Positions 27,992-37,098 of a DNA stretch of 64,000 nucleotides are shown in pieces (positions within the stretch are counted from its first letter, which is position 1; every line of letters begins with the position of its first letter). Both the position numbers and the translations under genes were made by a program. Under the pieces are notes generated by a model. It ran no database searches. It had not been told where the DNA came from and was given only the letters and a program-made list of their open reading frames with translations. This stretch comes from Candidatus Levyibacteriota bacterium. GTDB lineage: Bacteria; Patescibacteriota; Microgenomatia; Levybacterales; UBA12049. Location of the stretch: the NCBI GenBank assembly GCA_016186625.1, contig JACPLG010000008.1:80689-144688 (forward strand). Direction: 5' to 3'.

Positions 27992-29047
27992 CTATTTAAT
28001 ATGTTTTAAGAAATAATCAAAGATCCACTCTGTGTCTTCGGGGCCCGGTGTTGCTTCAGGATGAAATTGGACCGACATGACTGGTTTTCTTTTATGAATA
28101 ATCCCCTCGTTTGAATTGTCATTTGCATTTGTAAACCAAGGATAAAAATTTGGCGGAATTTTACTTACTTCAAATCCGTGATTTTGAGTTGTTATAAAAC
28201 ACCGCTGAGTTGGTTTCCCCTTTTCAAATAATAGGCATGGCTGATTTTGACTCCTGTGGCCGTATTTAAGTTTTGCAGTGTCTCCGCCTGAAGCTAAAGC
28301 TAAGAGCTGATTTCCCAAACAAACTCCGAGGATTGGAATGCTCAGAGACATTAATTTCTTAATGTTTTCAATAGTTCGGAGGACAAACTTGGGATTTCCC
28401 GGACCATTTGAAATCACAACTGCGTCAATTCTCATTCTTAGTTCTTCATTTGTCAAATCAAAATCCCAAGGTACAGTGATTACATTTACCTTTCTTTTTA
28501 AAAGAGCCCTCTGAATATTTCTTTTTGCACCGCAATCAATCAGAAGAATATTTTTGGAAGACTTAGAATAAGTCTCCCTGTTAATTTTTTTCGTTGAAAC
28601 TTTCTCTACCAAATTTTCATGGTCAGGATCATAGAACAGTATGTCTTGTTCTAAAACGATTTTTCCAAGAAGCGTTCCTTTTTTTCTTATCATCTGCGTA
28701 AGGAGTCTAGTGTCTTTAATTTGTAACCCGGGAATATTTTCTGAGACCAGCCAATCAGATAAAGATTGCTTACTCTGAAAGTGATATGGTGTGTCTATGT
28801 AGTTACTCACAATGAGTCCAGATACCATAATCTTGTCAGCTTCCCAGAATTTTTTGTCAGGAATTCCATAATTTCCTACCAGAGGATATGTAAGGACAAG
28901 AATTTGTCCTTTGTAAGATGGATCAGTAAGGCTTTCAGGATAACCCATCATTCCGGTTGAAAAGACAACTTCCCCGGCGGAGGATATATTTGCCCCAAAA
29001 CTCTCACCTTCAAAAGTTAAGCCATTTTTAAATACTAACTTCCCCAT
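27992..29047 (-). CDS. carA: Carbamoyl-phosphate synthase small subunit
   Basis: LTDPSYKGQIL, SNGPGNP, GVCLGNQ, VQFHPEATPGP. Confidence 0.98.
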   Translation of the reverse strand: MGKLVFKNGLTFEGESFGANISSAGEVVFSTGMMGYPESLTDPSYKGQILVLTYPLVGNYGIPDKKFWEADKIMVSGLIVSNYIDTPYHFQSKQSLSDWLVSENIPGLQIKDTRLLTQMIRKKGTLLGKIVLEQDILFYDPDHENLVEKVSTKKINRETYSKSSKNILLIDCGAKRNIQRALLKRKVNVITVPWDFDLTNEELRMRIDAVVISNGPGNPKFVLRTIENIKKLMSLSIPILGVCLGNQLLALASGGDTAKLKYGHRSQNQPCLLFEKGKPTQRCFITTQNHGFEVSKIPPNFYPWFTNANDNSNEGIIHKRKPVMSVQFHPEATPGPEDTEWIFDYFLKHIK

Positions 29048-29057
29048 TTCGTTTTAC

Positions 29058-30032
29058 TCACTTACTTTTTCCTAAAATCAAAGCAAGGAGTGCCATTCGG
29101 ATATACATACCGTTTCTAATTTCCGAGCGAAGGTACACCGCATTTGGATTTTTATCAACTTCCGGAAGTATTTCGCCAACGCGGGGCAAAGGGTGCATAA
29201 AAATCGTGTTTTTACCAGCCCTCTCTTTTATAAGTTTGTTATCAAGTACAAAGCGATTTTTTACCTTTTCATACGCGCTTTCGGACTTAAACCTTTCTTT
29301 TTGAACTCTTGTCCAATACCAAAAATCCGCATTTTTTGGAATATCTTTCTCCGATTCAATTTCTACCAACTCTAGCTTCCCACTTTCCATGTGGGAACTC
29401 AGATCTTCCCTGCTTAATCGAAGCTCTTTTGGGGAAAGAAGATAAAGTTTATTACCATTGAACTTTGAGAGACCCCGGATTAATGAATGGATTGTTCTTC
29501 CATTTAACATATCTCCTGCCAAAACTCCTATTAAATTATCTAGTTTTTTTGTTCGCTCATAAATTGTATAAAGGTCAAGCAAAGCTTGTGTGGGGTGTTC
29601 TCCGATTCCGTCACCTGCATTGATAACAGGAACAAACCCAGCTGCCTGGGCTGCCTTAAGCGTCGCTCCTTTCTTTGGATGCCTGAGGACAATTACATCA
29701 CAGTAAGCCTCAAAAACCCTGATCGTATCCTCAAGACTTTCCCCCTTTGAAACCGATGAAAAATGTTCTGGATCAAGAATTTCAACAGTTGAGCCTCCAA
29801 GTTGTTTTACTGCTGCGACAAATGATCCGAAGGTTCTACTTGACGGTTCATAAAAAATAAGGGTAACAATGTTACCCTTAAGAAGATCCGAAGGTCTTGC
29901 GTTTTTGGCAATTAGAAGCATGCCCACGGTTTTCTTAAAAAGAATAGATATGTCCTTAGGGGAAAATTGATCCAGAGAAATAATATCTTTACCTTTGTAT
30001 TTACCATTTATGGGCTCAATCGGACTGACCAT
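29058..30032 (-). CDS. pyrB: Aspartate carbamoyltransferase
   Basis: FYEPSSRT, NAGDGIGEHPTQALLD, TRVQKER, MHPLPR. Confidence 0.97.
   Translation of the reverse strand: MVSPIEPINGKYKGKDIISLDQFSPKDISILFKKTVGMLLIAKNARPSDLLKGNIVTLIFYEPSSRTFGSFVAAVKQLGGSTVEILDPEHFSSVSKGESLEDTIRVFEAYCDVIVLRHPKKGATLKAAQAAGFVPVINAGDGIGEHPTQALLDLYTIYERTKKLDNLIGVLAGDMLNGRTIHSLIRGLSKFNGNKLYLLSPKELRLSREDLSSHMESGKLELVEIESEKDIPKNADFWYWTRVQKERFKSESAYEKVKNRFVLDNKLIKERAGKNTIFMHPLPRVGEILPEVDKNPNAVYLRSEIRNGMYIRMALLALILGKSK
29377..29397. repeat. REP family 1 copy inside pyrB
   Basis: ttcccactttccatgtgggaa, read in frame as SHMESGK. Confidence 0.8.
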
Positions 30033-30139
30033 AAAAAAATCCTTCGACTAGCTTAGGATTAACCAGCGAACTCTGGGACTAAAGTCTAACAAAAAGAATA
30101 TCTTGCGTCAATGAGAAAATAGTTTGGTAAAATATCTTT

Positions 30140-31093
30140 GTGAAGAAACACTTCGTTTTCTTTGTTTGCATACTGATAATAGCAGGGAGCGGTTTTGGTC
30201 TTTTTGTGTATCACCAAAAATCACTAGCCAGAAATATTTACTCCCCTCTTCCGGACTCATTGAACAAAAAGGAAAATCCAGAGGTTATGAGTCTTGATTT
30301 TTGGCTGCCGAGTCTGTTTGGTTTTTTTGACAGCGATGATGTCCCCGCGCTTAGTGCAAAATCGGTGTTGGTTTATGATCTTTCGGAAGAAAAGACAATT
30401 TATGAGAAAAATTCCAAAGATCGGCTTCCTATGGCATCTCTCACTAAAATTATGACTGCAATGGTGGCAATTGACCACAAAAGAGAGGATGATCGCTATA
30501 CTATATCTTCAGAGGATCTGGTTGGAGAAAATACAATCGGACTCTCGGCTGGAGAATCAATGAGTTTGGAAGAGCTTCTTTATGGTATTTTTATGTATTC
30601 TGCAAATGAAGCCGCTGAGGCACTTGCATCTAATACTTTAGGCCGCGAAAGTTTTATCAAGGCCATGAATGACAAGGCAAAAGCGCTCGGCCTTGAAAAC
30701 ACAAATTTCACCAACCCAACGGGTTTTGAAGGCGATGGAGACCAATATACTACAGCTTATGACTTACTCGTACTCTCGCGATATGCTGTCACAAACTATC
30801 CTCAAATCATAAAAGCATCAAGCACTGAGAAAATTTTTATTCCGCAAACAGAAGATCACTATGCATATGATATGTATAACCAGACAAATTTAATAACTTC
30901 CTATCCCGGTGTAAAAGGTTTAAAAGATGGATATACTCCCGAAGCAGGGCTTTGTCTGGTTACATATCTTGATTACGGCGGACATAAAATTATAGGAATT
31001 ATTCTGGGAAGTGAAAACAGAAGGCAGGAAATGAAGTCGTTGCTTGATTATTCTCTCCGCCAACAAGGCATCGAACCCCCACCCCACAGCTAA
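30140..31093 (+). CDS. D-alanyl-D-alanine carboxypeptidase (S11)
   Basis: ASLTKIMT, SAN, KDG variant of KTG. Confidence 0.9.
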   Translation: MKKHFVFFVCILIIAGSGFGLFVYHQKSLARNIYSPLPDSLNKKENPEVMSLDFWLPSLFGFFDSDDVPALSAKSVLVYDLSEEKTIYEKNSKDRLPMASLTKIMTAMVAIDHKREDDRYTISSEDLVGENTIGLSAGESMSLEELLYGIFMYSANEAAEALASNTLGRESFIKAMNDKAKALGLENTNFTNPTGFEGDGDQYTTAYDLLVLSRYAVTNYPQIIKASSTEKIFIPQTEDHYAYDMYNQTNLITSYPGVKGLKDGYTPEAGLCLVTYLDYGGHKIIGIILGSENRRQEMKSLLDYSLRQQGIEPPPHS

Positions 31094-31095
31094 TG

Positions 31096-31833
31096 TACCT
31101 TCCCACATGGAAAGTGGGAACACAGAATTCAGTCATCGATGTCGATTAGAGAATCAAAAAGCGCCGGGTCAATATCATTAGTTTCCTCGACAAAACTTTG
31201 ATAGTCTCTTTCTGGATTCGATCGCGCAAAATAAGAAAGAATAAAACCTGTATCACAAAAAACATGTTTTTCCCCATAAATATAGTTACAATAAGACGAA
31301 TATGGGTAAACTCTACATTCACACATGGAAAGTGGGAAAGGGTTTCGGTGAATATATTTTGACAGTTGCAGAAGATGCCCATCGCTTTCAATATACTTTG
31401 CTTTAAAACTTCCTTGAAACAGTGGTCCTACTCTATCGTACTTAGTATTGAAATACCTTGTATAACTGTCTGATAATTTTCTTAGAAAGTGTGTAATGCC
31501 ATTATCGGTTAATTGTTTGACTAGGAGATGAAAATGGTTAGGCATCAAGCAAAAACAAAAAATACTTACTAGTTCTGTTTGGCTGTCTACTTTCTTAAGT
31601 TTAACGATTCCCCTTCTGTAGTCAGATAGTTTCATGGGCTGAGGAGATTTTCGATAAAAGTCCAGAGTTTCTAAAAATCTAAGATAGTCCCACCTATCCA
31701 AAAAGATATCTCTTTTTTCCACACCTCTATTATAAATGTGGAAGAATCCGTCGGTGATAAAAGGAGGATTCTTCATAAGCGTAATATATTAATTTAACCA
31801 TAAGTACCTTCCCACATGTCAAGTGGGAAGGTA
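31096..31833. mobile_element. RAYT-1 locus flanked by family 1 REPs
   Basis: REPs at 31100-31120, 31318-31338 (inside the ORF) and 31805-31833. Confidence 0.8.
31129..31776 (-). CDS. REP-associated tyrosine transposase (RAYT, Y1 HUH)
   Basis: HIYNRG, CLMPNHFHLL, GPLFQGSFK, YIHRNP, YSSY. Confidence 0.92.
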   Translation of the reverse strand: MKNPPFITDGFFHIYNRGVEKRDIFLDRWDYLRFLETLDFYRKSPQPMKLSDYRRGIVKLKKVDSQTELVSIFCFCLMPNHFHLLVKQLTDNGITHFLRKLSDSYTRYFNTKYDRVGPLFQGSFKAKYIESDGHLLQLSKYIHRNPFPLSMCECRVYPYSSYCNYIYGEKHVFCDTGFILSYFARSNPERDYQSFVEETNDIDPALFDSLIDIDD

Positions 31834-31896
31834 AACTTTCCCTCTGGAGCTTGGGTTTGATATGCGCTTCTTATCCTTGTATAATATTAGCTACGC

Positions 31897-31979
31897 GCCG
31901 CGGTGGTGGAATGGTAGACACGAAGGCCTTAAGAGCCTTTGCCCTCACGGGTGTGAGAGTTCGAGTCTCTCTCGCGGTA
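31897..31979 (+). tRNA. tRNA-Leu(TAA)
   Basis: AAGGC-CTTAAGA-GCCTT, long variable arm. Confidence 0.95.
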
Positions 31980-31980
31980 C

Positions 31981-31998
31981 CGGGGACTAGCTCAGTTG
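31981..31998 (+). pseudogene. 5' fragment of a tRNA-Pro-like gene
   Basis: CGGGGACTAGCTCAGTTG (acceptor strand plus D stem) upstream of intact tRNA-Pro. Confidence 0.5.
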
Positions 31999-32015
31999 AA
32001 GTAGCGACTAATTTT

Positions 32016-32089
32016 CGGGGTGTAGCGTAGTTGGCTAGCGCGCCTCGTTTGGGACGAGGAGGTCGTCGGTTCGAATCCGACCACCCCGA
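32016..32089 (+). tRNA. tRNA-Pro(TGG)
   Basis: CCTCG-TTTGGGA-CGAGG. Confidence 0.95.
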
Positions 32090-32099
32090 CTGGAAGTAT

Positions 32100-32411
32100 T
32101 TAAGGTTGGCCTTCTTCGAGATATGGGACGGGAATATCAGTTTCTAGTGCCCTATTTGATAATGCTACTTCTATGGCTCCAATTTGCTCATCAGTTGGAT
32201 CAGGTATGTCTCTCTTTGCAGCAATTGTTGCTGTGCTCCATCTTACATCAGCATGAAACCTTCGATCAATTTCAGCAACAAAACTTGGGTCAGGACCATC
32301 TAATTCTTCCGTTGTGTGGGATTGCTCATTTAGCCCAGGTCCATTAACTACTCGTGGAATAAAGGGAATCGGTCCTAAAAATGCCTCGTGTCTTGAAGAA
32401 CTATTTGCCAT
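32100..32411 (-). CDS. Hypothetical protein
   Basis: 103 aa ORF with upstream promoter-like elements. Confidence 0.5.
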   Translation of the reverse strand: MANSSSRHEAFLGPIPFIPRVVNGPGLNEQSHTTEELDGPDPSFVAEIDRRFHADVRWSTATIAAKRDIPDPTDEQIGAIEVALSNRALETDIPVPYLEEGQP

Positions 32412-32464
32412 AATTAATCCGCAATATAAATCATCTATAGCTATAAGTCAAGAAAGCAGAATCT

Positions 32465-32597
32465 GAGCGGGTGAAGGGAATCCCATTCGACTTCGCTCAG
32501 GGTAAACTTCTCATCCCTTCACGCTGGATTCCACCAGCCCACCGCGAATGGTGAGCAATTCGTCATGAGCTCATTGTCGAATGACTTGTCGAATCCA
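32465..32597 (-). mobile_element. ORF-less 115-bp element at the tRNA-Gly 3' end, with an 18-bp duplication of the tRNA end (32465-32482)
   Basis: GATTCCCTTCACCCGCTC repeated; shares AGGGATGAGAAGTTTACCCTGAG..CGAAGTCGAA with 34933-35059. Confidence 0.75.
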
Positions 32598-32598
32598 G

Positions 32599-32669
32599 AG
32601 CGGGTGAAGGGAATCGAACCCTCGTATCCACTTTGGAAAAGTGGTGTTCTGCCATTGAACTACACCCGC
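32599..32669 (-). tRNA. tRNA-Gly(TCC)
   Basis: CCACT-TTTCCAA-AGTGG. Confidence 0.95.
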
Positions 32670-32679
32670 GCGCGAAGCG

Positions 32680-32769
32680 TGGGACGAAACCAAGGGTTTC
32701 TTCCCAACGATCTTCCTTTAAGGATGCACGAGGCCGGTAAAATCATCAAGCGAGCGGCCCTGACGTGCA
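32680..32769 (-). ncRNA. Pre-tRNA leader motif copy D
   Basis: Hairpin + TCCTTAAAGGA + AGATCGTTGGGAAGAAACC-CTT-GGTTTCGTCCCA. Confidence 0.6.
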
Positions 32770-32862
32770 ATATCTAGCGTTTTGCGTAATCTTAATTCTA
32801 TCAAACTTGAGTGGTTATATTCAATTATTTCACGGCGCGGAGGACGAAAGCGCGGTTGATTA

Positions 32863-33534
32863 TTATTCTTTTGGAGTTGGAGTTACGGATGAGAGATCGC
32901 TTCCTACAATAACTAATACTTCCCCATCTTCTCCAGTGGCAAATTTTTCAATCTTACCAACCGGCCCTCTTTCTTCAAGAACTTTTGTGAGTTCTTCTAT
33001 AAATTCTTCCGCAACGTCACTATTTACAGTTATAATTGTTTCCGTATAGTTTGAATTGTCGGCATTCCCTACGGTAGAAACTACAAATCCAGCACCTTCA
33101 AGAAGCTCTTTTACCCGTGCTCCCTCTCCGGCTATGCCGCTGCCGTTTTGCACTTCAATTTCATAAGCTTTCCTGTCTACATCTACTTTCGTTGGGGTTG
33201 GTGAAGTTTGCGGTAGTTTGATTGACTTTTCAGGCTTATCACTTAAAAAGCTGGGATTGAAGTTCTGGCTGAAAAAAAGAAAACCCCCAAACATCAAAAA
33301 TCCTACGGGAACGACAACCAGTATTATTAAAAGGATTTTTTTCCAGCTGATTCCTCCCGAGCTCTCAATTTCATCGAGGCTGTCTGCGGTTTCCTCAGGC
33401 TTAACCTCAGCCGGAGCCTGGTCTGTGGTCTTATCATCACCGGCTTTTTCTTCGTTTTCTTCCACCTCAATAGTAACTTTTGCTTCCGGTATTTCAGTTA
33501 CTTTTTTTATTCTTTTAGGTTTTTTCTCGGCCAT
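32863..33534 (-). CDS. Membrane protein with LytR C-terminal domain
   Basis: IEVQNGSGIAGEG..VGNAD..VLVIVGSD. Confidence 0.85.
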   Translation of the reverse strand: MAEKKPKRIKKVTEIPEAKVTIEVEENEEKAGDDKTTDQAPAEVKPEETADSLDEIESSGGISWKKILLIILVVVPVGFLMFGGFLFFSQNFNPSFLSDKPEKSIKLPQTSPTPTKVDVDRKAYEIEVQNGSGIAGEGARVKELLEGAGFVVSTVGNADNSNYTETIITVNSDVAEEFIEELTKVLEERGPVGKIEKFATGEDGEVLVIVGSDLSSVTPTPKE

Positions 33535-33585
33535 TTAAAATCCGCCTACTTATATAGTAAATATACTTTGTAGCAAATGTCAAAC

Positions 33586-34566
33586 TTATTTAAATGAGCG
33601 GATGGTTATTATTGCGGCGGAGACAAACGGAATTGAGAGAAGAGCGCCCATTACCCCAAATAATCTTGCCCCAATTAAAATTGCAACAATTATTACAACA
33701 GGATTAAGTCCTACTGCTTTTTGCATTATTTTGGGTACCAGAATATTATTTTCCGCAAGCTGAATGCCAATGTAGGCCAAAACCACAGAAACAGCCATAA
33801 CGGGCGAGATTGCAAGGCCAACTATTACAGCTGGAATTGCGGCAATTATCGGTCCAAGTGTTGGAATAATTTCCAGTATTCCTGCCAAAATTGCCAGGGG
33901 AAGCGCAAAGGGAACTCCAAGAACAGTTAGGACAATCCAGGTAATTGTCCCAACCACTAAAGATAATACAATCTGACCCCTAAGCCATGCTCCGAGCTTT
34001 TGTTCCACCAGATGAATTGTCAGAATTATCTTTTGCCTATATCTCTCCGGTAAGAGATTTGGAATTTCCCTTCCAATTTTCTCCCGCTCAATCAGCATAT
34101 AAAAACTTAAAACAAATATTGAAATAACAGTAAATATTCCTCCAAAAAACCGTGTTGTAAAAGACAGAGCATTTTGTCCAATCAGGCCTGTTAATGGTGA
34201 TAAATAGTTTTCTATCTGAGCATTACTAACCTGAAATCCTAAGACTTGGCTAGCCAAATTTAGATACGTTGGGATTGCCTTAAATAATGCCTGGATTTGG
34301 GAAATGAAAAAAGGAAGGATCGGGACTACCAAAAGAACAATTGCGGCTATTACAAGGCTATATACAACAGTTACTGTAAGAAAGTTTGGAAGTCTAAAGC
34401 GTTTCAGGCCGCGAACAATAGGAGTTAGTGCTGCCATTATAATGTAGGAGATGAAAAGCGCAAGAAGGATACTTCTTATCTGGTAAAGAAAAAGGGCAAG
34501 AGCTACCAGGAGAACTGTAGCTAAGATATGGTTATTGAGTACGTATTTAACTATAGGATTTTGCAC
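33586..34566 (-). CDS. AI-2E family transporter
   Basis: WLRGQIVLS, EIIPTLGP, ENNILVPKIM, GALLSIP. Confidence 0.92.
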   Translation of the reverse strand: MQNPIVKYVLNNHILATVLLVALALFLYQIRSILLALFISYIIMAALTPIVRGLKRFRLPNFLTVTVVYSLVIAAIVLLVVPILPFFISQIQALFKAIPTYLNLASQVLGFQVSNAQIENYLSPLTGLIGQNALSFTTRFFGGIFTVISIFVLSFYMLIEREKIGREIPNLLPERYRQKIILTIHLVEQKLGAWLRGQIVLSLVVGTITWIVLTVLGVPFALPLAILAGILEIIPTLGPIIAAIPAVIVGLAISPVMAVSVVLAYIGIQLAENNILVPKIMQKAVGLNPVVIIVAILIGARLFGVMGALLSIPFVSAAIITIRSFK

Positions 34567-34642
34567 TGCTTCAATTATAGCATATTTTGTTTGATTTTGA
34601 GCGGATTTCGAGGTAAAATAGTATGGTAACCTTTTAGATTAA

Positions 34643-34726
34643 CGCAAAATCGCTGGATTGGGAGTGTCGGTTTTGCGAATCAATAAAGGGAAAATCGTTG
34701 GGAAAAAACCGTTAGGTTTTGTCCCA
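34643..34726 (+). ncRNA. Pre-tRNA leader motif copy E
   Basis: CGCAAAATCG..CGGTTTTGCG; AAAATCGTTGGGAAAAAACC-GTTA-GGTTTTGTCCCA. Confidence 0.7.
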
Positions 34727-34730
34727 TTTA

Positions 34731-34932
34731 GGCCCTGTAGCTCAACGGATAGACCTGCCCGCTAAGCAGCATGCGCCCGTAGCTCAACGGATAGAGCAAG
34801 ACGGTTCTAACGTCAAGGTTGGGGGTTCGATTCCCTCCGGGCGTGCAAGTATGGTAGGCAGGGCGAGTGCGTTCTAAGCACCAGGTTGGGGGTTCGATTC
34901 CCTGCCTGCCGGCAGGCAGGCCTCCGGGGTCG
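34731..34932 (+). pseudogene. Outer tRNA-Arg(TCT) interrupted by two CCTGCC-type insertions
   Basis: Removing 34754-34862 and 34901-34920 restores a complete cloverleaf with GTTCTAA loop. Confidence 0.85.
34773..34845 (+). tRNA. tRNA-Arg(TCT), nested inside insertion 34754-34862
   Basis: GCGCCCG/CGGGCGT acceptor, GACG-GTTCTAA-CGTC anticodon arm. Confidence 0.92.
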
Positions 34933-35078
34933 CACTTCGGCATCAGTCCGGCAAACTCATGACAAGAGCTCAGTGCAAGCTGAGTTTGACGAAGCGACCT
35001 GAGGGATGAGAAGTTTACCCTGAGTACTTCGGTTTACTCAGCATAAACGAAGTCGAAGGGATTCCCTCCAGGGTCACA
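34933..35078 (+). mobile_element. ORF-less element after tRNA-Arg, with duplicated tRNA 3' end (35060-35078)
   Basis: GATTCCCTCCAGGGTCACA versus GATTCCCTCCGGGGTCGCA (17/19); homologous to 32483-32597. Confidence 0.7.
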
Positions 35079-35541
35079 GATGTCTTCCCCTGAGGTAAGC
35101 TTCGGCAGCCTCTCTCATTGAGTGTTCAGGGAATTCTCCTGTACGATTATGCGCAAACCGTTGATAAATACTGCCACGTAAAAGCTCGAGTTTTTCGGTT
35201 GTTAAAAATCTGAAGTCATTTGCTAAAGCAAATCCCTCTCCAACAACTTCTATTACTTTTTCCATAGGTACATCGTGAGACGCCCGAACATTATCTGGAT
35301 GAATTCTATCAGCCACAGATTTAATTGCTTGCAGCTTTGATTGATCTTCCAATAAAGCTTCTCGTAACTCTAAAGGATTTTCACCAGTTTCTCTGACTAT
35401 AAGGGCTATAACTGCTCCTTGCGCAGTAACGGAAGCAGGACAAGCCATGCTAGCTCTAATGAAATAAAAATAGGCTATTTCCGCCATACTCCTTGGGAAG
35501 CCTTCACTCATGTCAGTTTGCGCAGTTTCAGCTGTACTCAC
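35074..35541 (-). CDS. Hypothetical protein
   Basis: 155 aa ORF downstream of nagB. Confidence 0.55.
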   Translation of the reverse strand: MSTAETAQTDMSEGFPRSMAEIAYFYFIRASMACPASVTAQGAVIALIVRETGENPLELREALLEDQSKLQAIKSVADRIHPDNVRASHDVPMEKVIEVVGEGFALANDFRFLTTEKLELLRGSIYQRFAHNRTGEFPEHSMREAAEAYLRGRHL

Positions 35542-35572
35542 AGGTGAATTCTAAATTAAGCCATGTTAAATT

Positions 35573-36379
35573 TCAATTACCCAGTAGGTATTGGGCCGCT
35601 TCTTGGTCAAGTACAGCCGTTACTCTTGGATGGATGCGTAAAAACGAGGCTGGAGCGTCTGATGAAACTGGACCTTTCAGTGTGCGATTTACACCCCAAG
35701 CCTTATGTACTCCTTTTGCAATTAATATAATCCATCGAGCTCTTAGTATGTCCCCTATACCTTGAGTTAATGCTCCTTCTGGAATTTGACTTGGATCTTC
35801 AAAAAGTCTTGCGTTTGCTTCTCTGGTTTGAAGGTCTAGTGTGACATATCTTACAGTTGAGTCAGGTTCTGATCCTTTTTCGTTAAAACCAATATGACAC
35901 GTTGTGCCAGGGCCAATACCCACCACCGCAAGATCTACCGGTTGTCTTGCCTCAAGTAACGCTCTGTATCGCTGGGCTTCTTCATCTGCGCTTGGGGCTC
36001 CCCCGTTTGGAATATTCCATTCACCAACCGGAACGTGATCCATTAAATGCCTCCGCATAAAGCTAGCATAACTATCTAGGCTAGCTGGATCGATTGGATG
36101 GTATTCGTCCAGATTAACTATCGTAGTTTTACTTAAATTCACTATTCCCTCTTGAGCGCTAGCTACGATTAGTCCGTACATACCAATAGGTGTGTTCCCA
36201 GTAGGTAAAGTCAATACTGAAGTAGGTTTTGTTCTAATTTGTTCGATAATCAAACCAGCTGCATATGCGTCTACAGCTTCCGCGTTTGGGAGTACAACTA
36301 ACTCAGGTGGATAAGTAACTGAGCTAGGCTCAGGAAAGCGCCCCTCTGGTACTACAATCCTACTTTCAGCTGCTGTCAT
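35573..36379 (-). CDS. nagB: Glucosamine-6-phosphate deaminase
   Basis: LPTGNTP, NLDEY, GIG..HIGFNE, PASFLRIH. Confidence 0.92.
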   Translation of the reverse strand: MTAAESRIVVPEGRFPEPSSVTYPPELVVLPNAEAVDAYAAGLIIEQIRTKPTSVLTLPTGNTPIGMYGLIVASAQEGIVNLSKTTIVNLDEYHPIDPASLDSYASFMRRHLMDHVPVGEWNIPNGGAPSADEEAQRYRALLEARQPVDLAVVGIGPGTTCHIGFNEKGSEPDSTVRYVTLDLQTREANARLFEDPSQIPEGALTQGIGDILRARWIILIAKGVHKAWGVNRTLKGPVSSDAPASFLRIHPRVTAVLDQEAAQYLLGN

Positions 36380-36531
36380 TTTTAGTATAAAAACTTATTG
36401 CGAAGAATTCTACATAATAATATTTCTTTTTGCAAGTAAATTAAAAAATTTACACTAGATTGTCTAGATTGTAGAATATAGTCATTACTGCAGGTTTGAA
36501 GACTCGGGAGAGGCTGTGATATACTTTTTGA

Positions 36532-37098
36532 ATGAAGTTGGCAGTTTTGGGGGGAAGATTTGATCCTATTCATACTGGTCATATTTTGGTTGCTCGTCAG
36601 GTTTTAGAACTTGTTCCTGACATTGATAAAGTTCTGTTTATCCCAGCAAACAAGCATCAGTGGAAATCAACAGTTGCTGATGCCAACGATCGGATGGAGA
36701 TGATCAAACTTTGTCTTGAATATAAAATGGAGGTTTCAGATATCGAGTTGAAAAGAAAGGGAATAAGCTACTCAATAGATACGATAAGAGCATTAAAGCA
36801 AGAAAGAGGAGCACAAATTTTTTGGATAATAGGTTCTGATATAGTTACGGAGTTTGACCGGTGGAAAAAAGCAGATGAACTGGTAAAAGAAGCTACTTTT
36901 CTTGTTTTTCCAAGAGACCCTTATGATCTTCCCACGAACCTACCGGTTGGATTCGAACTAATTTCAGGACCAAATCTTTTGGTAACTAGCTTCTCAGGGA
37001 CTGCAATTAGAGAGAGAGTAAAAACGGGAAAATCAATAAAGTATCTTGTACCAGAACCGGTTGAGCGATATATTAAAGAAAATAAGCTTTATGTTTAG
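36532..37098 (+). CDS. nadD: Nicotinate-nucleotide adenylyltransferase
   Basis: GGRFDPIHTGH, SYSIDT, IIGSD. Confidence 0.95.
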   Translation: MKLAVLGGRFDPIHTGHILVARQVLELVPDIDKVLFIPANKHQWKSTVADANDRMEMIKLCLEYKMEVSDIELKRKGISYSIDTIRALKQERGAQIFWIIGSDIVTEFDRWKKADELVKEATFLVFPRDPYDLPTNLPVGFELISGPNLLVTSFSGTAIRERVKTGKSIKYLVPEPVERYIKENKLYV

